64,000 nt of DNA from Legionellales bacterium (GTDB taxonomy: Bacteria; Pseudomonadota; Gammaproteobacteria; DSM-16500): positions 62,658 to 126,657 of the forward strand of contig CANJVW010000001.1 in the NCBI GenBank assembly GCA_947478495.1. The letters run 5' to 3'. The notes beneath the pieces are model-generated. The model was given only the letters and a program-made list of their open reading frames with translations. It was not told the DNA's origin and did no database searches. Below are positions 1-10,327 of this stretch, piece after piece (position 1 is the stretch's first letter; every line of letters begins with the position of its first letter). The position numbers were made by a program, and so were the translations under genes.

Positions 1-509
1 CCTTCATCCTCTCGTTTGTGCTGCTCTTTGCAACCACCGCTCTCCGCAATAGCAGCTGGGGCATTTTAGCTGTATTCGGCTTTACCGGCTGTATGGGTTA
101 TTCGTTAGGGCCAATGCTTAATTCCTTTATCCATGGATATACCAACGGCGGGCAATTAATTGCAACCGCGCTCGGCGGAACGGGTCTCACCTTTTTGCTT
201 TCTTCGGCGTATGTCCTCACCACCAAAAAAGATCTGAGCGGTCTGAGTCGCCTATTAATGACAGGCCTCATCGTGTGCATCATCGCAAGCATAGCGAATA
301 TTTTCTTAAACATGCCTTCGATGCAACTCGCGATTTCAAGCGCGCTCGTATTCATTTCAACCTTGCTGATTATGTTCGATACCAGCCGCATCATCAACAA
401 CGGTGAACGTAACTACATCATGGCTACCATGGCGCTTTACATCGATATTCAAATGTTGTTTCAAAATTTATTGATGTTACTAGGTTCCTTGAACGGTAAT
501 CGCAACTAA
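1..509 (+). CDS. BAX inhibitor-1/YccA-YbhL family membrane protein (5' partial, open to window edge)
   Basis: Hydrophobic multi-TM ORF open from the window start. The C-terminal FDTSRIINNGERNYIMATMALYIDIQMLFQNLL matches the BI-1/YccA family signature region. Confidence 0.7.
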   Translation, partial: FILSFVLLFATTALRNSSWGILAVFGFTGCMGYSLGPMLNSFIHGYTNGGQLIATALGGTGLTFLLSSAYVLTTKKDLSGLSRLLMTGLIVCIIASIANIFLNMPSMQLAISSALVFISTLLIMFDTSRIINNGERNYIMATMALYIDIQMLFQNLLMLLGSLNGNRN

Positions 510-991
510 TGAGATGGCGGAGAGCCACGATGCAGAGACACAGGGAGCGAAACAGATCTTCCTCTCACTGCAGATCGAACAGCAAATAGCGACAAATGTG
601 ACGCACCGACTAACGGGCTTTCTCTTCGCAAATCGCGTTGAGATTGCTCTTTGCATTCCTCAAAAAATCGTGATGCAGATCGCTGCACCTCGTCGGAATA
701 GGCTTTAAAATCACGCCAATATTTCTGAAGCGCTTTTTTACGCCTGTATTCATAACGTTGCTCTTCCCAAAAAGCATCTTCTCGCTTTTTCAAAAGGACC
801 CCTATCAATACAATCCATGCTGTTTTCTTAAAAAATAAAAACCATCGCTGGCATTCCAGGATGTATTGTTCATCATTGACTTTTTGTGCTGCAGTGTGCG
901 TCTCTGAAGCGAGGTTGGCTAATAAATATTGGGTCGATTGTCGACATTCCATGTCTTCCTCCAGTATGTCGGTGACCTTAAAAAAGGCCAT
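506..991 (-). CDS. hypothetical protein with one predicted TM segment
   Basis: 161-aa ORF with no recognisable motif. It has one hydrophobic stretch (TAWIVLIGVLL). The Arg/Ser-rich C-terminal third looks like low-quality coding. Confidence 0.3.
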   Translation of the reverse strand: MAFFKVTDILEEDMECRQSTQYLLANLASETHTAAQKVNDEQYILECQRWFLFFKKTAWIVLIGVLLKKREDAFWEEQRYEYRRKKALQKYWRDFKAYSDEVQRSASRFFEECKEQSQRDLRRESPLVGASHLSLFAVRSAVRGRSVSLPVSLHRGSPPSH

Positions 992-1064
992 CGATCAAAT
1001 AACCACTTTTCTGGAGTATAGACGGTGAAAATGAATTGGCTTGTTAATGGGGTGAGGGAAAACC

Positions 1065-1466
1065 CTAAAACAGCTCAGTGTATTGAGAGGACAGCAAGGC
1101 AGATGCATCCATAGCAAGCACCTTAAAAAAATCATAGCTCATATAGTAATCGCCATGATCGCCTGCATAGGGTCCCCATGAGTTACGAATAATAAAAGCA
1201 CCGTGATTTGATTTACCGCGCCGGTCAGGATCCGCTATGGTAATGCCATCATCATACCCAGCAATCAAGACTTCATGGCCCCCAAGACAGTCTGATGCCT
1301 CATTGACTGCGCTCACATCAGAGCATAACTGAATGCCTCTTCTTAAACGAGGGGTCACAATCCAGCTATCAGGCCCTGAGCTCTCTGAATGATCCGCATT
1401 TGGAGCGACAGCGAGATAGCCATAAGCACCCGCTATTGAAAAAAATAGTAAGTGATGGGAATAAAA
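1065..1466 (-). pseudogene. papain-like (C1 family) cysteine peptidase remnant lacking the catalytic-Cys half
   Basis: SDCLGGHEVLIAGYDD and FIIRNSWGPYAGDHGDYYMSYDF match the His and Asn/Trp regions of C1 peptidases. The frame stays open upstream to a TGA at 1467-1469 and encodes a signal-peptide-like LLFFSIAGAYGYLAVAPNA, with no ATG/GTG/TTG start there. Only about 37 aa lie between the leader and the GGH motif, so the N-terminal catalytic lobe is missing. Confidence 0.45.
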
Positions 1467-1764
1467 TCAGAGAGGCATCAAAGAATGTGCTGAGTGATAA
1501 GACAAGATAAAAATTCGATGCCAGGGGGATAACAAAAAAGAAGGGGTTTAAAAAATATAATCTTATATTTTTACGTCACTTATCGAAAGTCAAATCATTT
1601 GAGTGAAAGTCATCGCCCTGCTATAAAAGCCTGTTCAAAATCAATGGAACGTTAAATAATGATGAGAGCTGCGGAATATTCATCCCTTTTTCTACAGTGA
1701 GCGCAGTGAGTCATGGGATTTGCTTTTTTATCGCGAGGACTAGCGCGTGTCGTCAATTATTCGC

Positions 1765-2439
1765 CTAAAACCATACTCCGTGCGCGGCTAATTCTTCTTC
1801 TGTGGCTTTTAATATAAAACCATTCCGTTGACGTTTCACCATTGGCGCTTGTTGTTCAGTTGTCGCACCATTGCCTTCTTGGGTGACGGGCTCGTCTAAT
1901 AAATCAAACAAACTCCCCTGCCCGCCTGTCATGGCTAAATAGACTAGCCCGAGCAAATGCGCATCCAATAAGGCGCCGTGTAATTCACGATGCGTATTAT
2001 CAATGTGATACCGTCGGCAGAGCGCATCCAAACTGTTGCGCTGACCCACATGCAGCTGTCTCGCCATCACGAGCGTATCTGTTACGCGACAATGGTCTGT
2101 TAGCGCCCGCCATTTTTGTTTTACGACGCTGAGTTCATGATTGATAAATTTAACGTCAAAGGGCGCATTGTGAATAATCACTTCAGCGCCATCCACAAAC
2201 GCCATAAAATCCTGAACAACGGATGCAAAAACGGGTTTATCTTCTAAAAATGTATTCGATAATCCGTGCACCGCAAACGCGCCCTCGTCCACTGCGCGCT
2301 CCGGATTAATATATTGATGATATTGCTGGCCTGTCATTTTTCGATTGATGAGTTCCACGCAACCGATTTCGATAATGCGATGACCTGTCTCAACTGACAA
2401 ACCGGTGGTTTCAGTATCAAGGATAATTTGTCGTGTCAT
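1765..2439 (-). CDS. dnaQ: DNA polymerase III epsilon subunit (3'-5' exonuclease)
   Basis: Exo motifs ILDTETTGL (DxE), HNAPFDVKFI and HGALLDAHLL (HxxxD). Sits adjacent to rnhA. Confidence 0.9.
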   Translation of the reverse strand: MTRQIILDTETTGLSVETGHRIIEIGCVELINRKMTGQQYHQYINPERAVDEGAFAVHGLSNTFLEDKPVFASVVQDFMAFVDGAEVIIHNAPFDVKFINHELSVVKQKWRALTDHCRVTDTLVMARQLHVGQRNSLDALCRRYHIDNTHRELHGALLDAHLLGLVYLAMTGGQGSLFDLLDEPVTQEGNGATTEQQAPMVKRQRNGFILKATEEELAAHGVWF

Positions 2440-2442
2440 GTG

Positions 2443-2874
2443 CTAACCCCTATCAATGGCTTCTCGAGCCAACGCATCCGCTCTATCATTTTCAATATGT
2501 CCATTATGGCCTTTTAACCAATGCCAAGTGACATGATGACGTTTCGTTTGTTCATCCAACAGTTTCCATAAATCGACATTTTTCACGGGCTGATTGGTGC
2601 TGGTTTTCCAACCGCGTCGCTTCCAACCGGATAGCCACTCGGACATGCCTTTTTGGACATATTGCGAATCGGTGTATAAATCAATGTGGGTTGTCACATC
2701 GATTGACTCCAATCCTTTAATGGCTGCCATGAGCTCCATCCGATTATTGGTGGTATTTGCATCGGCGCCTGACAGCATTTTTTCACCTTCGGAAAAACGC
2801 AACAAAACACCCCACCCGCCCGGACCCGGATTGCCGCGACAGGCGCCGTCTGTATAAATGGCTACTTTATTCAT
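2443..2874 (-). CDS. rnhA: ribonuclease HI
   Basis: IYTDGACRGNPGPGGWG, NNRMELMA, DSQYV and WLKGHNGHIENDRAD are collinear with the RNase HI catalytic DEDD residues. Confidence 0.92.
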   Translation of the reverse strand: MNKVAIYTDGACRGNPGPGGWGVLLRFSEGEKMLSGADANTTNNRMELMAAIKGLESIDVTTHIDLYTDSQYVQKGMSEWLSGWKRRGWKTSTNQPVKNVDLWKLLDEQTKRHHVTWHWLKGHNGHIENDRADALAREAIDRG

Positions 2875-3595
2875 GATGCACTCTACTCATTGAAGGTGCT
2901 CGAGACAAAGAGATGGACTCCTCAGGCCACTTAAGTGAAATAGGGGTCAATGGAATCACTTTCGCTTTTGCTCTCACACAATACACGCCGCCCAACGGTC
3001 GGCAACAATATCGTCCTATCCACTCCAACCATTTATTTTTTTTCATGAAGGGCGGAGAAAACAATAATAACTCTTTTTTCACAAGATCAAAATCGGCTTC
3101 TTCTAACCATTGCCGAATCACTGTCGGGGAAATGAGCACATTGGATCTCGGTTTATTTTTTTTCAGCCCCCATGTGCTTAATGGATTAAAACCTAAGATA
3201 ATGAGCTCACCTTCTGGCTTTAATAATGTACACACAGCAGAAAAAAACACTTGGGGATCTTCTAGCCATTCCAGTGTATGCGGCAAAATCACCGCATCTA
3301 AGCTGCCTGACAAGATAGGCAGCGGACACGAAAAGTCGCTTTCTATCCAATCAATGCGGGTGCTATGCTGAACACCCTGGCGACCCCATGGCGCCATCAA
3401 CGCGCTACTTCTCAGGGCGGGACATAGTAAACCGCTTTGTGCCGGAACACCCATCAATAACACGTGCTGCCAATGGCTTTCTTGAAACACCCGACTAATC
3501 ACATCGGATTCAGCCTCCAATACTCGCGCACCCAGAGAGGTTTTTAGCCAACGATGCCATTGTTGCGAGATATGGTATATTTTACTCAATTGCAA
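2867..3595 (-). CDS. class I SAM-dependent methyltransferase (YafS-like by position)
   Basis: Methyltransferase-fold segments (LDAVILPHTLEWLEDP, LKPEGELIILGFNP). Overlaps the rnhA start by 8 nt. Same neighbourhood as the E. coli yafS/rnhA/dnaQ/mltD region. Confidence 0.65.
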   Translation of the reverse strand: MQLSKIYHISQQWHRWLKTSLGARVLEAESDVISRVFQESHWQHVLLMGVPAQSGLLCPALRSSALMAPWGRQGVQHSTRIDWIESDFSCPLPILSGSLDAVILPHTLEWLEDPQVFFSAVCTLLKPEGELIILGFNPLSTWGLKKNKPRSNVLISPTVIRQWLEEADFDLVKKELLLFSPPFMKKNKWLEWIGRYCCRPLGGVYCVRAKAKVIPLTPISLKWPEESISLSRAPSMSRVHHE

Positions 3596-3685
3596 TCCCT
3601 TTTGTCGATTACTTACTATAGCACAGACAAAAGCCTTTTTATCATGCTAGAATCCATAGATTCCTCACTCTTAACTACTATTATC

Positions 3686-5110
3686 ATGATGCCATTCTGG
3701 AACAGACAAATAAAATATTTTTATCTTTTCGCACTCTTGATGCTCTGCTATAACCCAATAGCATTTGCATCACTATTAAGCGATATCGAAGGCATTCAAA
3801 TTTACAAAAAAAATACCTCTCTCACGCCAGAACGTAAACAACATCTCGCCGATGACATTGATCGTTATCATCGCGCAGACAACATGTGGGATATATTGCA
3901 AGAGAACTTTACACTGTCTCATGAAGAACGTAATCCAGCCGTGCGTGAACAGATTCGTTTTTTTATGAATAACCCCGATTTTTTAGTCCGCGCCACCACG
4001 CGTGCTGCGCCTTATTTATATTACATTACACAACAAGTGAAAAAACGTCACTTGCCTGCTGAGCTCGTATTATTGCCTATCATGGAAAGCGCTTACAATC
4101 CCTTTGCGTATTCAGCCGCCGGTGCGGGTGGCATTTGGCAAATGATGCCAGGCACCGCATCCGATTTTGGCATTAAACAAAACTGGTGGTATGACGGCAG
4201 GCGTGATGTCATTGCCTCAACCAAAGCAGCGCTGGATTATCTCGTTTATCTCGGTGGATTTTTTGATAATAACTGGTTGCTTGCATTCGCAGCATATGAT
4301 ACAGGCGAAGGACGTGTGCTCGCCGCCATTCGAAAAAATGTGCGTGAAGGACGCGATACCGATTTTTGGTCACTCTCTTTACCGCAGGAAACGCGTGACT
4401 ACGTACCGCGATTGCTCGCACTCGCCACCATTATTTCACACCCGGAAGAATATCCGATTAATTTCCCAACGGTACAAAACGCTCCCTTTCTCGCGGAAGT
4501 GGATGTCGGCGGACAAATCGATCTCAATCATGCTGCTGTCTTGGCAGGACTCAGTGCCGCTTTTTTAAAGCAACTCAACCCGGGATATACGCATCGCGCA
4601 ACGGATCCAACCGGTCCTTATAAACTTATCTTACCCATCGAGCATGTTGAACAATTCACGGATAACTTTATACGCTCGCCTTTTTACGAACAAATCCATG
4701 CTAAACGCTATGTGGTTAAATCCGGTGACACACTCGCCCTCATCGCGCAGCGTTTTAAAACGAATACCCCTGCGATTCGTCAGTTCAATACTATTAAAAT
4801 AGGTCGACTAAAACCTGGCACTAATTTACTGATCCCGCAAAGCCAACCCGAATTATCCAAAGCGATTTTAACTGCAGCGAAAAAAACACCTATTCGACGA
4901 TCAGCCTACCCTGAGATGAGATCATCCTACACCATCAAACCCGGTGATACGCTTTATATGATTCGCCACGGAGACAGCGTCGCGAAAATTGCAGCACACT
5001 TTCGCATACCCGTTCAGGCATTGCTCGCGGCTAACCCGCTTCGTTCAACGCAATCGATCGCGATGGGTGACAAGCTTATTATTCCAACGCATCTGAATAA
5101 AACCGCCTAA
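3686..5110 (+). CDS. mltD: membrane-bound lytic murein transglycosylase D-like (SLT domain plus 2 LysM)
   Basis: SLT active-site region ESAYNPFAYSAAGAGGIWQMMPGTA. Two C-terminal LysM repeats (YVVKSGDTLALIAQRF..., YTIKPGDTLYMI...). Start moved to the ATGATG at 3686, which precedes a signal peptide (FYLFALLMLCYNPIAFA). Confidence 0.85.
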   Translation: MMPFWNRQIKYFYLFALLMLCYNPIAFASLLSDIEGIQIYKKNTSLTPERKQHLADDIDRYHRADNMWDILQENFTLSHEERNPAVREQIRFFMNNPDFLVRATTRAAPYLYYITQQVKKRHLPAELVLLPIMESAYNPFAYSAAGAGGIWQMMPGTASDFGIKQNWWYDGRRDVIASTKAALDYLVYLGGFFDNNWLLAFAAYDTGEGRVLAAIRKNVREGRDTDFWSLSLPQETRDYVPRLLALATIISHPEEYPINFPTVQNAPFLAEVDVGGQIDLNHAAVLAGLSAAFLKQLNPGYTHRATDPTGPYKLILPIEHVEQFTDNFIRSPFYEQIHAKRYVVKSGDTLALIAQRFKTNTPAIRQFNTIKIGRLKPGTNLLIPQSQPELSKAILTAAKKTPIRRSAYPEMRSSYTIKPGDTLYMIRHGDSVAKIAAHFRIPVQALLAANPLRSTQSIAMGDKLIIPTHLNKTA

Positions 5111-5139
5111 GACGCAAATGAAATGGGCACAGCTTTTTT

Positions 5140-6537
5140 CTACACCATTTTTTCAGGGCGCACGATATCTTTAAATTCGCTTTCTGATAAATAACCCAAT
5201 GCCAAACACGCAGACAATAACGTTGTGCCATCGTGCCAAGCTTTATGCGCAATGGCAGCCGCCTTGTCATAGCCTATCTTTGAGTTTAAAGCAGTCACCA
5301 GCATCAATGAATTCTGAACGGATTCTGCAATGTGTTTTTCATCCGCTTGAAGATCTGTGATACAAAATTCAGTGAACATTCTCATTGAATCACTTAAAAT
5401 ACGAATGGAGTGCGATAAATTGTGAATGAGCAATGGTTTAAATACATTGAGCTCAAAATTACCTTGCGAACCCGCCATCCCAATCGCTGCATCATTCCCC
5501 ATCACTTGCACGCATACCATCGTCAGCGCTTCACACTGTGTAGGATTCACTTTGCCGGGCATAATGGATGAACCCGGTTCATTCACAGGGAGAATCAATT
5601 CACCCAATCCACAGCGCGGGCCAGACCCCAACCAACGAACATCATTAGCCATCTTCATCAACGCACAAGCCAATGTTTTCAGTGCGCCGCTCGCAAACAC
5701 TATTGGCTCATGCGAAGCAAGTGCTGCAAATTTATTCGGAGCAGACACAAATGGCAATCGAGTCAATTCCGCAATCACAGCCGCTGCGCGCACCGCAAAT
5801 TGGGGATGCGTATTAATCCCGGTGCCCACTGCTGTGCCGCCCAATGCCAATTCATATAATCCAGGCAATGTACTTTCAATATTTTTTAAGGCCGCATCGA
5901 GTTGCGCGACATAGCCTGAAAATTCTTGGCCCAAGGTTAAAGGCACGGCATCTTGCAAATGCGTACGGCCTATTTTAACGATATGCTTAAACGCTTCTTG
6001 TTTTTTAAATAATGCTTCGCGCAATACTTTAATAGCAGGAATTAGCTGCTGTGTCATTTGAGATACAACTGCCATATGCATCGCTGTTGGAAACGTATCA
6101 TTGGAGGATTGCGATCGATTGACATCATCGTTCGGATGAATAAAGTCTTTGCTCCCCCGCTCGCGACCGGAGAGCTCCAACGCACGATTTGCAATCACTT
6201 CATTCACATTCATGTTCGTTTGCGTGCCTGAACCGGTTTGCCAAATGGAGAGTGGGAACTGATCCGCCCACTTACCCGCAATCACTTCATCGGCTGCTGC
6301 TACAATAAAATTTTTCTTGTCCTCAGCCAACAATCCCAATTCATGATTAACGATCGCAGCGGCTTTTTTCAGTGTGCCAAACGCATGGATTAATTCTTTT
6401 GGCATCTTGTCTTGCCCAATGGCAAAATGGTGCAGCGACCGCTCGGTTTGCGCGCCCCAATACACGTCAGCTGAGACCTCAACATCTCCCAAGCTATCTG
6501 ACTCAGTCCGCGTTTTTTTATTTTCGCTCATTTTCAT
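5140..6537 (-). CDS. fumC: class II fumarate hydratase
   Basis: [16 protein letters not shown] signature, [11 protein letters not shown], full-length 465 aa. Confidence 0.93.
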   Translation of the reverse strand: MKMSENKKTRTESDSLGDVEVSADVYWGAQTERSLHHFAIGQDKMPKELIHAFGTLKKAAAIVNHELGLLAEDKKNFIVAAADEVIAGKWADQFPLSIWQTGSGTQTNMNVNEVIANRALELSGRERGSKDFIHPNDDVNRSQSSNDTFPTAMHMAVVSQMTQQLIPAIKVLREALFKKQEAFKHIVKIGRTHLQDAVPLTLGQEFSGYVAQLDAALKNIESTLPGLYELALGGTAVGTGINTHPQFAVRAAAVIAELTRLPFVSAPNKFAALASHEPIVFASGALKTLACALMKMANDVRWLGSGPRCGLGELILPVNEPGSSIMPGKVNPTQCEALTMVCVQVMGNDAAIGMAGSQGNFELNVFKPLLIHNLSHSIRILSDSMRMFTEFCITDLQADEKHIAESVQNSLMLVTALNSKIGYDKAAAIAHKAWHDGTTLLSACLALGYLSESEFKDIVRPEKMV

Positions 6538-6563
6538 ATTTCCTTTAAAAAAAATACGACACC

Positions 6564-9173
6564 CTACCCCAAACTCTTGCTCACCAACTCTTTCACATCG
6601 CTCGACAACGGATGCTTTAGCAAAGCCTCTAAATGATTGCGCATCAAATGCTGGCGTGTTTCGTTATAGCGACGCCACTCACTGAAGGGTTTCACTAAAT
6701 GCGCGGCGACTTGGGGGTTCAGTTTATCCAACTGCAAAATACAATCCGCAACAAACTGATAGCCTTCGCCATTCATCTTGTGAAAATGAATCGCGTTGCG
6801 GCTAAACACCCCCAGCAAGGCATAGACTTTATTGGGGTTTTTAATATCGAACGCGGCATGTGTCATAATGGATTTAACACGTGATAAGGTATCAGGCAGC
6901 TTGGACGCTGCTTGCAAAATAAGCCACTTATCAACGACTAACGCGTCTTTCTGCCAATGCTGATAAAACTGCTCTAATGTCGAATCTCTTTCAGCGTTTT
7001 CGCTATTCGAGATAGCACGCATACTGCCCATCGTGTCCGTCATATTGGAGGCTAAGCTCGCATTAAATTGGGTAAGCGCGAGGGCTTGATATTGTTTTTT
7101 CTCTAATGTCATTAAATAACTTAAACAGGTATTTTTGAGTTGTCGCTTGCCCACTGTTTCCATGTTCCATGGATCTGCTGCCGCCACTGCATTGTCTTGA
7201 TAGTATTTTACAAAAATATCTTGAAGCGCATCAGCGATTGATCTCGACACAAATTCTTTAACCTGATAAATGGCATCCACATCAATCACCGGCATTTGCT
7301 CTGCAATATATTTTTCAGATGGCAGCGACAACATTCGCACTAATAACATTTTATCATTTTGCATTGTTAATAATAAATGCTTGATCATCTGAAGGTAGGC
7401 ATCAGGGAGTGCCAATACTTTTTTGGTTTGATAATCGTTAATCAAGTTCAATATGAGCTTCATGACATATCGCTGCCCTGCTTCATAGCGATTAAACCCA
7501 TCGGTATCGTGCTTCGCTAAACATTGTAATGCGGAATCGGAATAATCGTAATGCAATTTAACGGGTGCCGAAAAAGATCGCAAGAGTGACGGGATCGGTT
7601 GGGTTATTACATCCTTAAATACAAAGGATTGCGCTTGCTCTTCTAAAACAAAAAGATCGTTTTCCAATTCTTTTCCTGTCTCATCTAACAATCCCATTTT
7701 AATGGGAATAAAAAACGGTTTTTTCTCAGGCTGCCCTGGCGTCGGCGCCGTGCGCTGCGTTAGGGTTAAAGTATACTGTTTTTTAACCGCGTCATACTCG
7801 TCTGTCACATCAACATTGGGTGTACCCGCCTGCGAATACCACAATCGAAATTGCTCTAGATTAATCCCCGAACTATCTTCCATGCATCTAACAAAATCTT
7901 CGATCGTGACGGCTTGTCCATCATGTCGCTCAAAATATAAATCCATCGCCTTTCGAAAGCCCGCCTCCCCTAATAGAGTGCGTTGCATGCGAATGACTTC
8001 AGCACCTTTATTGTAAATGGTCGACGTATAGAAATTATTAATTTCTTGGTAGGAATCCGGACGCACGGGATGCGCCAATGGTCCTGCATCTTCGACAAAT
8101 TGGCTATTACGCAAATCAATCACATCATCGATGCGCGCAACAGTCGCCGATGTCGTATCCGCCGTAAAAGACTGATCACGAAAAACCGTGAGACCTTCCT
8201 TTAAGCTGAGCTGAAACCAATCGCGGCACGTGACGCGATTACCTGTCCAATTATGAAAATATTCATGCGCGATCACTGACTCTATAGCAATACAATCCGA
8301 ATCGGTGGCCGTTTTAGGGCATGACAAAACATACTGTGTGTTAAACACATTAAGGCCTTTGTTTTCCATCGCACCCATATTAAAGTCGCTGACGGCAACA
8401 ATCATATAAATATCGAGATCGTATTCACGACCAAACTTTTCTTCGTCCCACTTCATCGCTTTTTTAAGCCCGCCCATCGCCACAGCACATTTATCGGCAT
8501 TGCCTTTTTCAACATAAATCGCGAGCGTTATACGACGACCTGACTGCGTGACAAAGAAGTCTTCTACCAGATCAAAGTATCCTGCGACCAACGCAAATAA
8601 ATAACAGGGTTTTTTAAACGGATCAACCCACACCACTTTTTGTTTACCGTCAGGCAGCATTTCGCTATGGGTTTTGTTTCCATTAGATAATAAAATAGGA
8701 TAGCGCGTGCTATCTGCAATAATCGTTGTCGTGAAGCGCGACAATACATCCGGTCGATCCAAGAAATACGTGATACGACGAAAGCCTTCCGCTTCACATT
8801 GCGTACAAACATTTTTAGCTGATTGATAGAGACCAGAAAGCGCCGTGTTTTCATGTGGCTTAATGCGAGTCTTGATGATCAGCTCACACGCTTTAGGTAT
8901 ATTGAAAAGAGTCAGAGCGCTTTCGTCTTTTTGATACTGCGACGCATCCAATACATCGCCATCGAGCGTGACGGAGAGCAGCTCAAGCATTTCACCATGG
9001 AGGACAAGATCAGCAACAGCAGATGTCATGTCTGGATTAACGCGCATCGATAATTGAGACGTGACGATGGTATGTGTCTCTTCCAATTCAAAGGTTAAAT
9101 CTGTTCGATCGATTAAATAAGATGAAGGGCTGTAATGATTACGATAAGTAGTGTGTGACAGAGTATCGCCCAC
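6564..9173 (-). CDS. pepN: aminopeptidase N (M1 family)
   Basis: GAMENKGLN exopeptidase motif plus [13 protein letters not shown]...WFQLSLKEG (HExxH-x18-E). 869 aa. GTG start. Confidence 0.93.
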   Translation of the reverse strand: MGDTLSHTTYRNHYSPSSYLIDRTDLTFELEETHTIVTSQLSMRVNPDMTSAVADLVLHGEMLELLSVTLDGDVLDASQYQKDESALTLFNIPKACELIIKTRIKPHENTALSGLYQSAKNVCTQCEAEGFRRITYFLDRPDVLSRFTTTIIADSTRYPILLSNGNKTHSEMLPDGKQKVVWVDPFKKPCYLFALVAGYFDLVEDFFVTQSGRRITLAIYVEKGNADKCAVAMGGLKKAMKWDEEKFGREYDLDIYMIVAVSDFNMGAMENKGLNVFNTQYVLSCPKTATDSDCIAIESVIAHEYFHNWTGNRVTCRDWFQLSLKEGLTVFRDQSFTADTTSATVARIDDVIDLRNSQFVEDAGPLAHPVRPDSYQEINNFYTSTIYNKGAEVIRMQRTLLGEAGFRKAMDLYFERHDGQAVTIEDFVRCMEDSSGINLEQFRLWYSQAGTPNVDVTDEYDAVKKQYTLTLTQRTAPTPGQPEKKPFFIPIKMGLLDETGKELENDLFVLEEQAQSFVFKDVITQPIPSLLRSFSAPVKLHYDYSDSALQCLAKHDTDGFNRYEAGQRYVMKLILNLINDYQTKKVLALPDAYLQMIKHLLLTMQNDKMLLVRMLSLPSEKYIAEQMPVIDVDAIYQVKEFVSRSIADALQDIFVKYYQDNAVAAADPWNMETVGKRQLKNTCLSYLMTLEKKQYQALALTQFNASLASNMTDTMGSMRAISNSENAERDSTLEQFYQHWQKDALVVDKWLILQAASKLPDTLSRVKSIMTHAAFDIKNPNKVYALLGVFSRNAIHFHKMNGEGYQFVADCILQLDKLNPQVAAHLVKPFSEWRRYNETRQHLMRNHLEALLKHPLSSDVKELVSKSLG

Positions 9174-9185
9174 CGTATAGATTTA

Positions 9186-9211
9186 AAAGCGGGCGATCGA
9201 TCGATCGCCCG
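9186..9211 (-). terminator. intrinsic terminator candidate downstream of the small secreted-protein gene
   Basis: Perfect 22-nt palindrome cgggcgatcgatcgatcgcccg (9190-9211). On the minus strand it is followed by CTTTTAAAT. It lies 9 nt after the stop of the 9220-9483 ORF. Confidence 0.5.
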
Positions 9212-9219
9212 TCATTGCA

Positions 9220-9483
9220 TTACTTAGATGTATCAGCTGCAGGTGCTGTTGTTGCTTGCATATCTGCAGGGGCTACTGCTGGAGCAGCAGGGGCTACTGC
9301 TGGAGCAGCGGCTGTTGCGTCCGTTGATGCATTTTCGTCAGCAGGTGTTGTTGATGGAGTGGTCGCTGTTGTTGCTGGTGCCATCGCAGATCCATCTGTT
9401 CCAGTCACAGCATCTGCTGCAAATGATGTAGCGGATGCTAATGCTGCAACCAATACGCCGATTGTCAAAATATTTGTCTTCAT
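9220..9483 (-). CDS. small secreted Ala/Thr/Pro-rich low-complexity protein
   Basis: Signal peptide MKTNILTIGVLVAALASATSFA. GAAGGGA Shine-Dalgarno-like sequence upstream of the ATG. Terminator downstream. Confidence 0.6.
   Translation of the reverse strand: MKTNILTIGVLVAALASATSFAADAVTGTDGSAMAPATTATTPSTTPADENASTDATAAAPAVAPAAPAVAPADMQATTAPAADTSK
9266..9307. repeat. perfect 2 x 21-nt tandem repeat inside the small secreted-protein gene
   Basis: gcaggggctactgctggagca occurs twice back to back (9266-9286, 9287-9307). On the minus strand it encodes AAPAVAP twice. Confidence 0.9.
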
Positions 9484-9562
9484 GCTAAATTCCCTTCAAA
9501 ATAAATGATAAGGTGATATCATAAACAGAACCACCCTTTTCTTGCAAGCGAACTTTTACGTG

Positions 9563-10264
9563 ATGAATAGCAAACAATCCGACATTGATCACTTCGAAGC
9601 CTTAGCGGCAGATTGGTGGAATCCTCATGGACCACTGAAAACGCTGCACGATATCAATCCACTTCGCTTATCTTATATTGAGCAGAACTGCTCATTAAAA
9701 AATCAATCCGTCCTCGATATTGGCTGTGGCGGCGGATTATTAACAGAAGCGCTCGCGAAACTTGGCGCCGATGTCACTGGGATCGATATGTCACAGGCTG
9801 CACTCAACGCGGCACGCGCACATCAAAAGACGGGGAATCTCACCATCCACTACCTGTTATCGACGGCTGAAGCCCTCGCTGATGCAGCCCCCCACACATT
9901 TGATGTTATTACCTGTCTCGAGTTACTCGAACACGTCCCGGAACCCATGAGCGTCATCAACGCCATCCAGCGACTCATTAAACCCAATGGTCATGTGTTT
10001 TTTTCAACCATAAATCGGAATACGCGCTCCTATCTTTCTACCATCGTCGGTGCAGAATATCTTTTAAAGCTTATCCCTAAAAACACACACGACTTTGCTC
10101 AATTTATTCGTCCTAGCGAACTGAGCAGCTGGTCCGAAAAAGCAGGATTGTCGGTGCAGGATATCCGCGGCTTAACCTATCACCCTTTCACGCGTCAGTG
10201 CTCTTTAAGCCAAGATGTGAGGGTTAACTACCTCATGCATTGCAGAGCAAAAATGGTGCCCTAA
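9563..10264 (+). CDS. ubiG: ubiquinone biosynthesis O-methyltransferase
   Basis: HFEALAADWWNPHGPLKTLHDINPLRLSYI plus SAM motif VLDIGCGGGLLTEALAKLGADVTGIDMS. ATG at 9563 preferred over the TTG at 9542. Confidence 0.85.
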   Translation: MNSKQSDIDHFEALAADWWNPHGPLKTLHDINPLRLSYIEQNCSLKNQSVLDIGCGGGLLTEALAKLGADVTGIDMSQAALNAARAHQKTGNLTIHYLLSTAEALADAAPHTFDVITCLELLEHVPEPMSVINAIQRLIKPNGHVFFSTINRNTRSYLSTIVGAEYLLKLIPKNTHDFAQFIRPSELSSWSEKAGLSVQDIRGLTYHPFTRQCSLSQDVRVNYLMHCRAKMVP

Positions 10265-10327
10265 ACAGCTGTGGCATGCAGCTCACATGCGGGACCGCGG
10301 GGGATACACGTTCAGCGATAACGATCA

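Noticed and set aside
3554-3685. Upstream start for mltD at 3554, and similar long N-terminal extensions for mltB (14048), rlpA (15000), the dciA-like gene (22281), ubiG (9542) and the FAD oxidoreductase (55572).
   Set aside because: The internal starts give canonical signal peptides or dinucleotide-binding N-termini and remove overlaps with neighbouring genes or repeats. The extensions have no family counterpart.
5426-5914. Long antisense or alternative-frame ORFs inside well-conserved genes. Examples are 5426-5914 in fumC, 30963-31403 in rpoC, 32891-33247 in rpoB, 42743-43204 in fusA, 39650-40066 across tRNA/tuf, 49403-49999 in the ABC exporter, 56138-56593 in the FAD oxidoreductase and 23777-24220 in ugd.
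   Set aside because: Each lies wholly within a gene whose product has strong family motifs on the other strand or frame. The translations are low-complexity or Ser/Arg/Cys-rich with no motifs.
9155-9508. 117-aa Ala-rich ORF on the + strand overlapping the small secreted-protein gene.
   Set aside because: It has no signal peptide or RBS. It is the low-complexity mirror of the minus-strand gene, which has a signal peptide, an SD sequence and a terminator.
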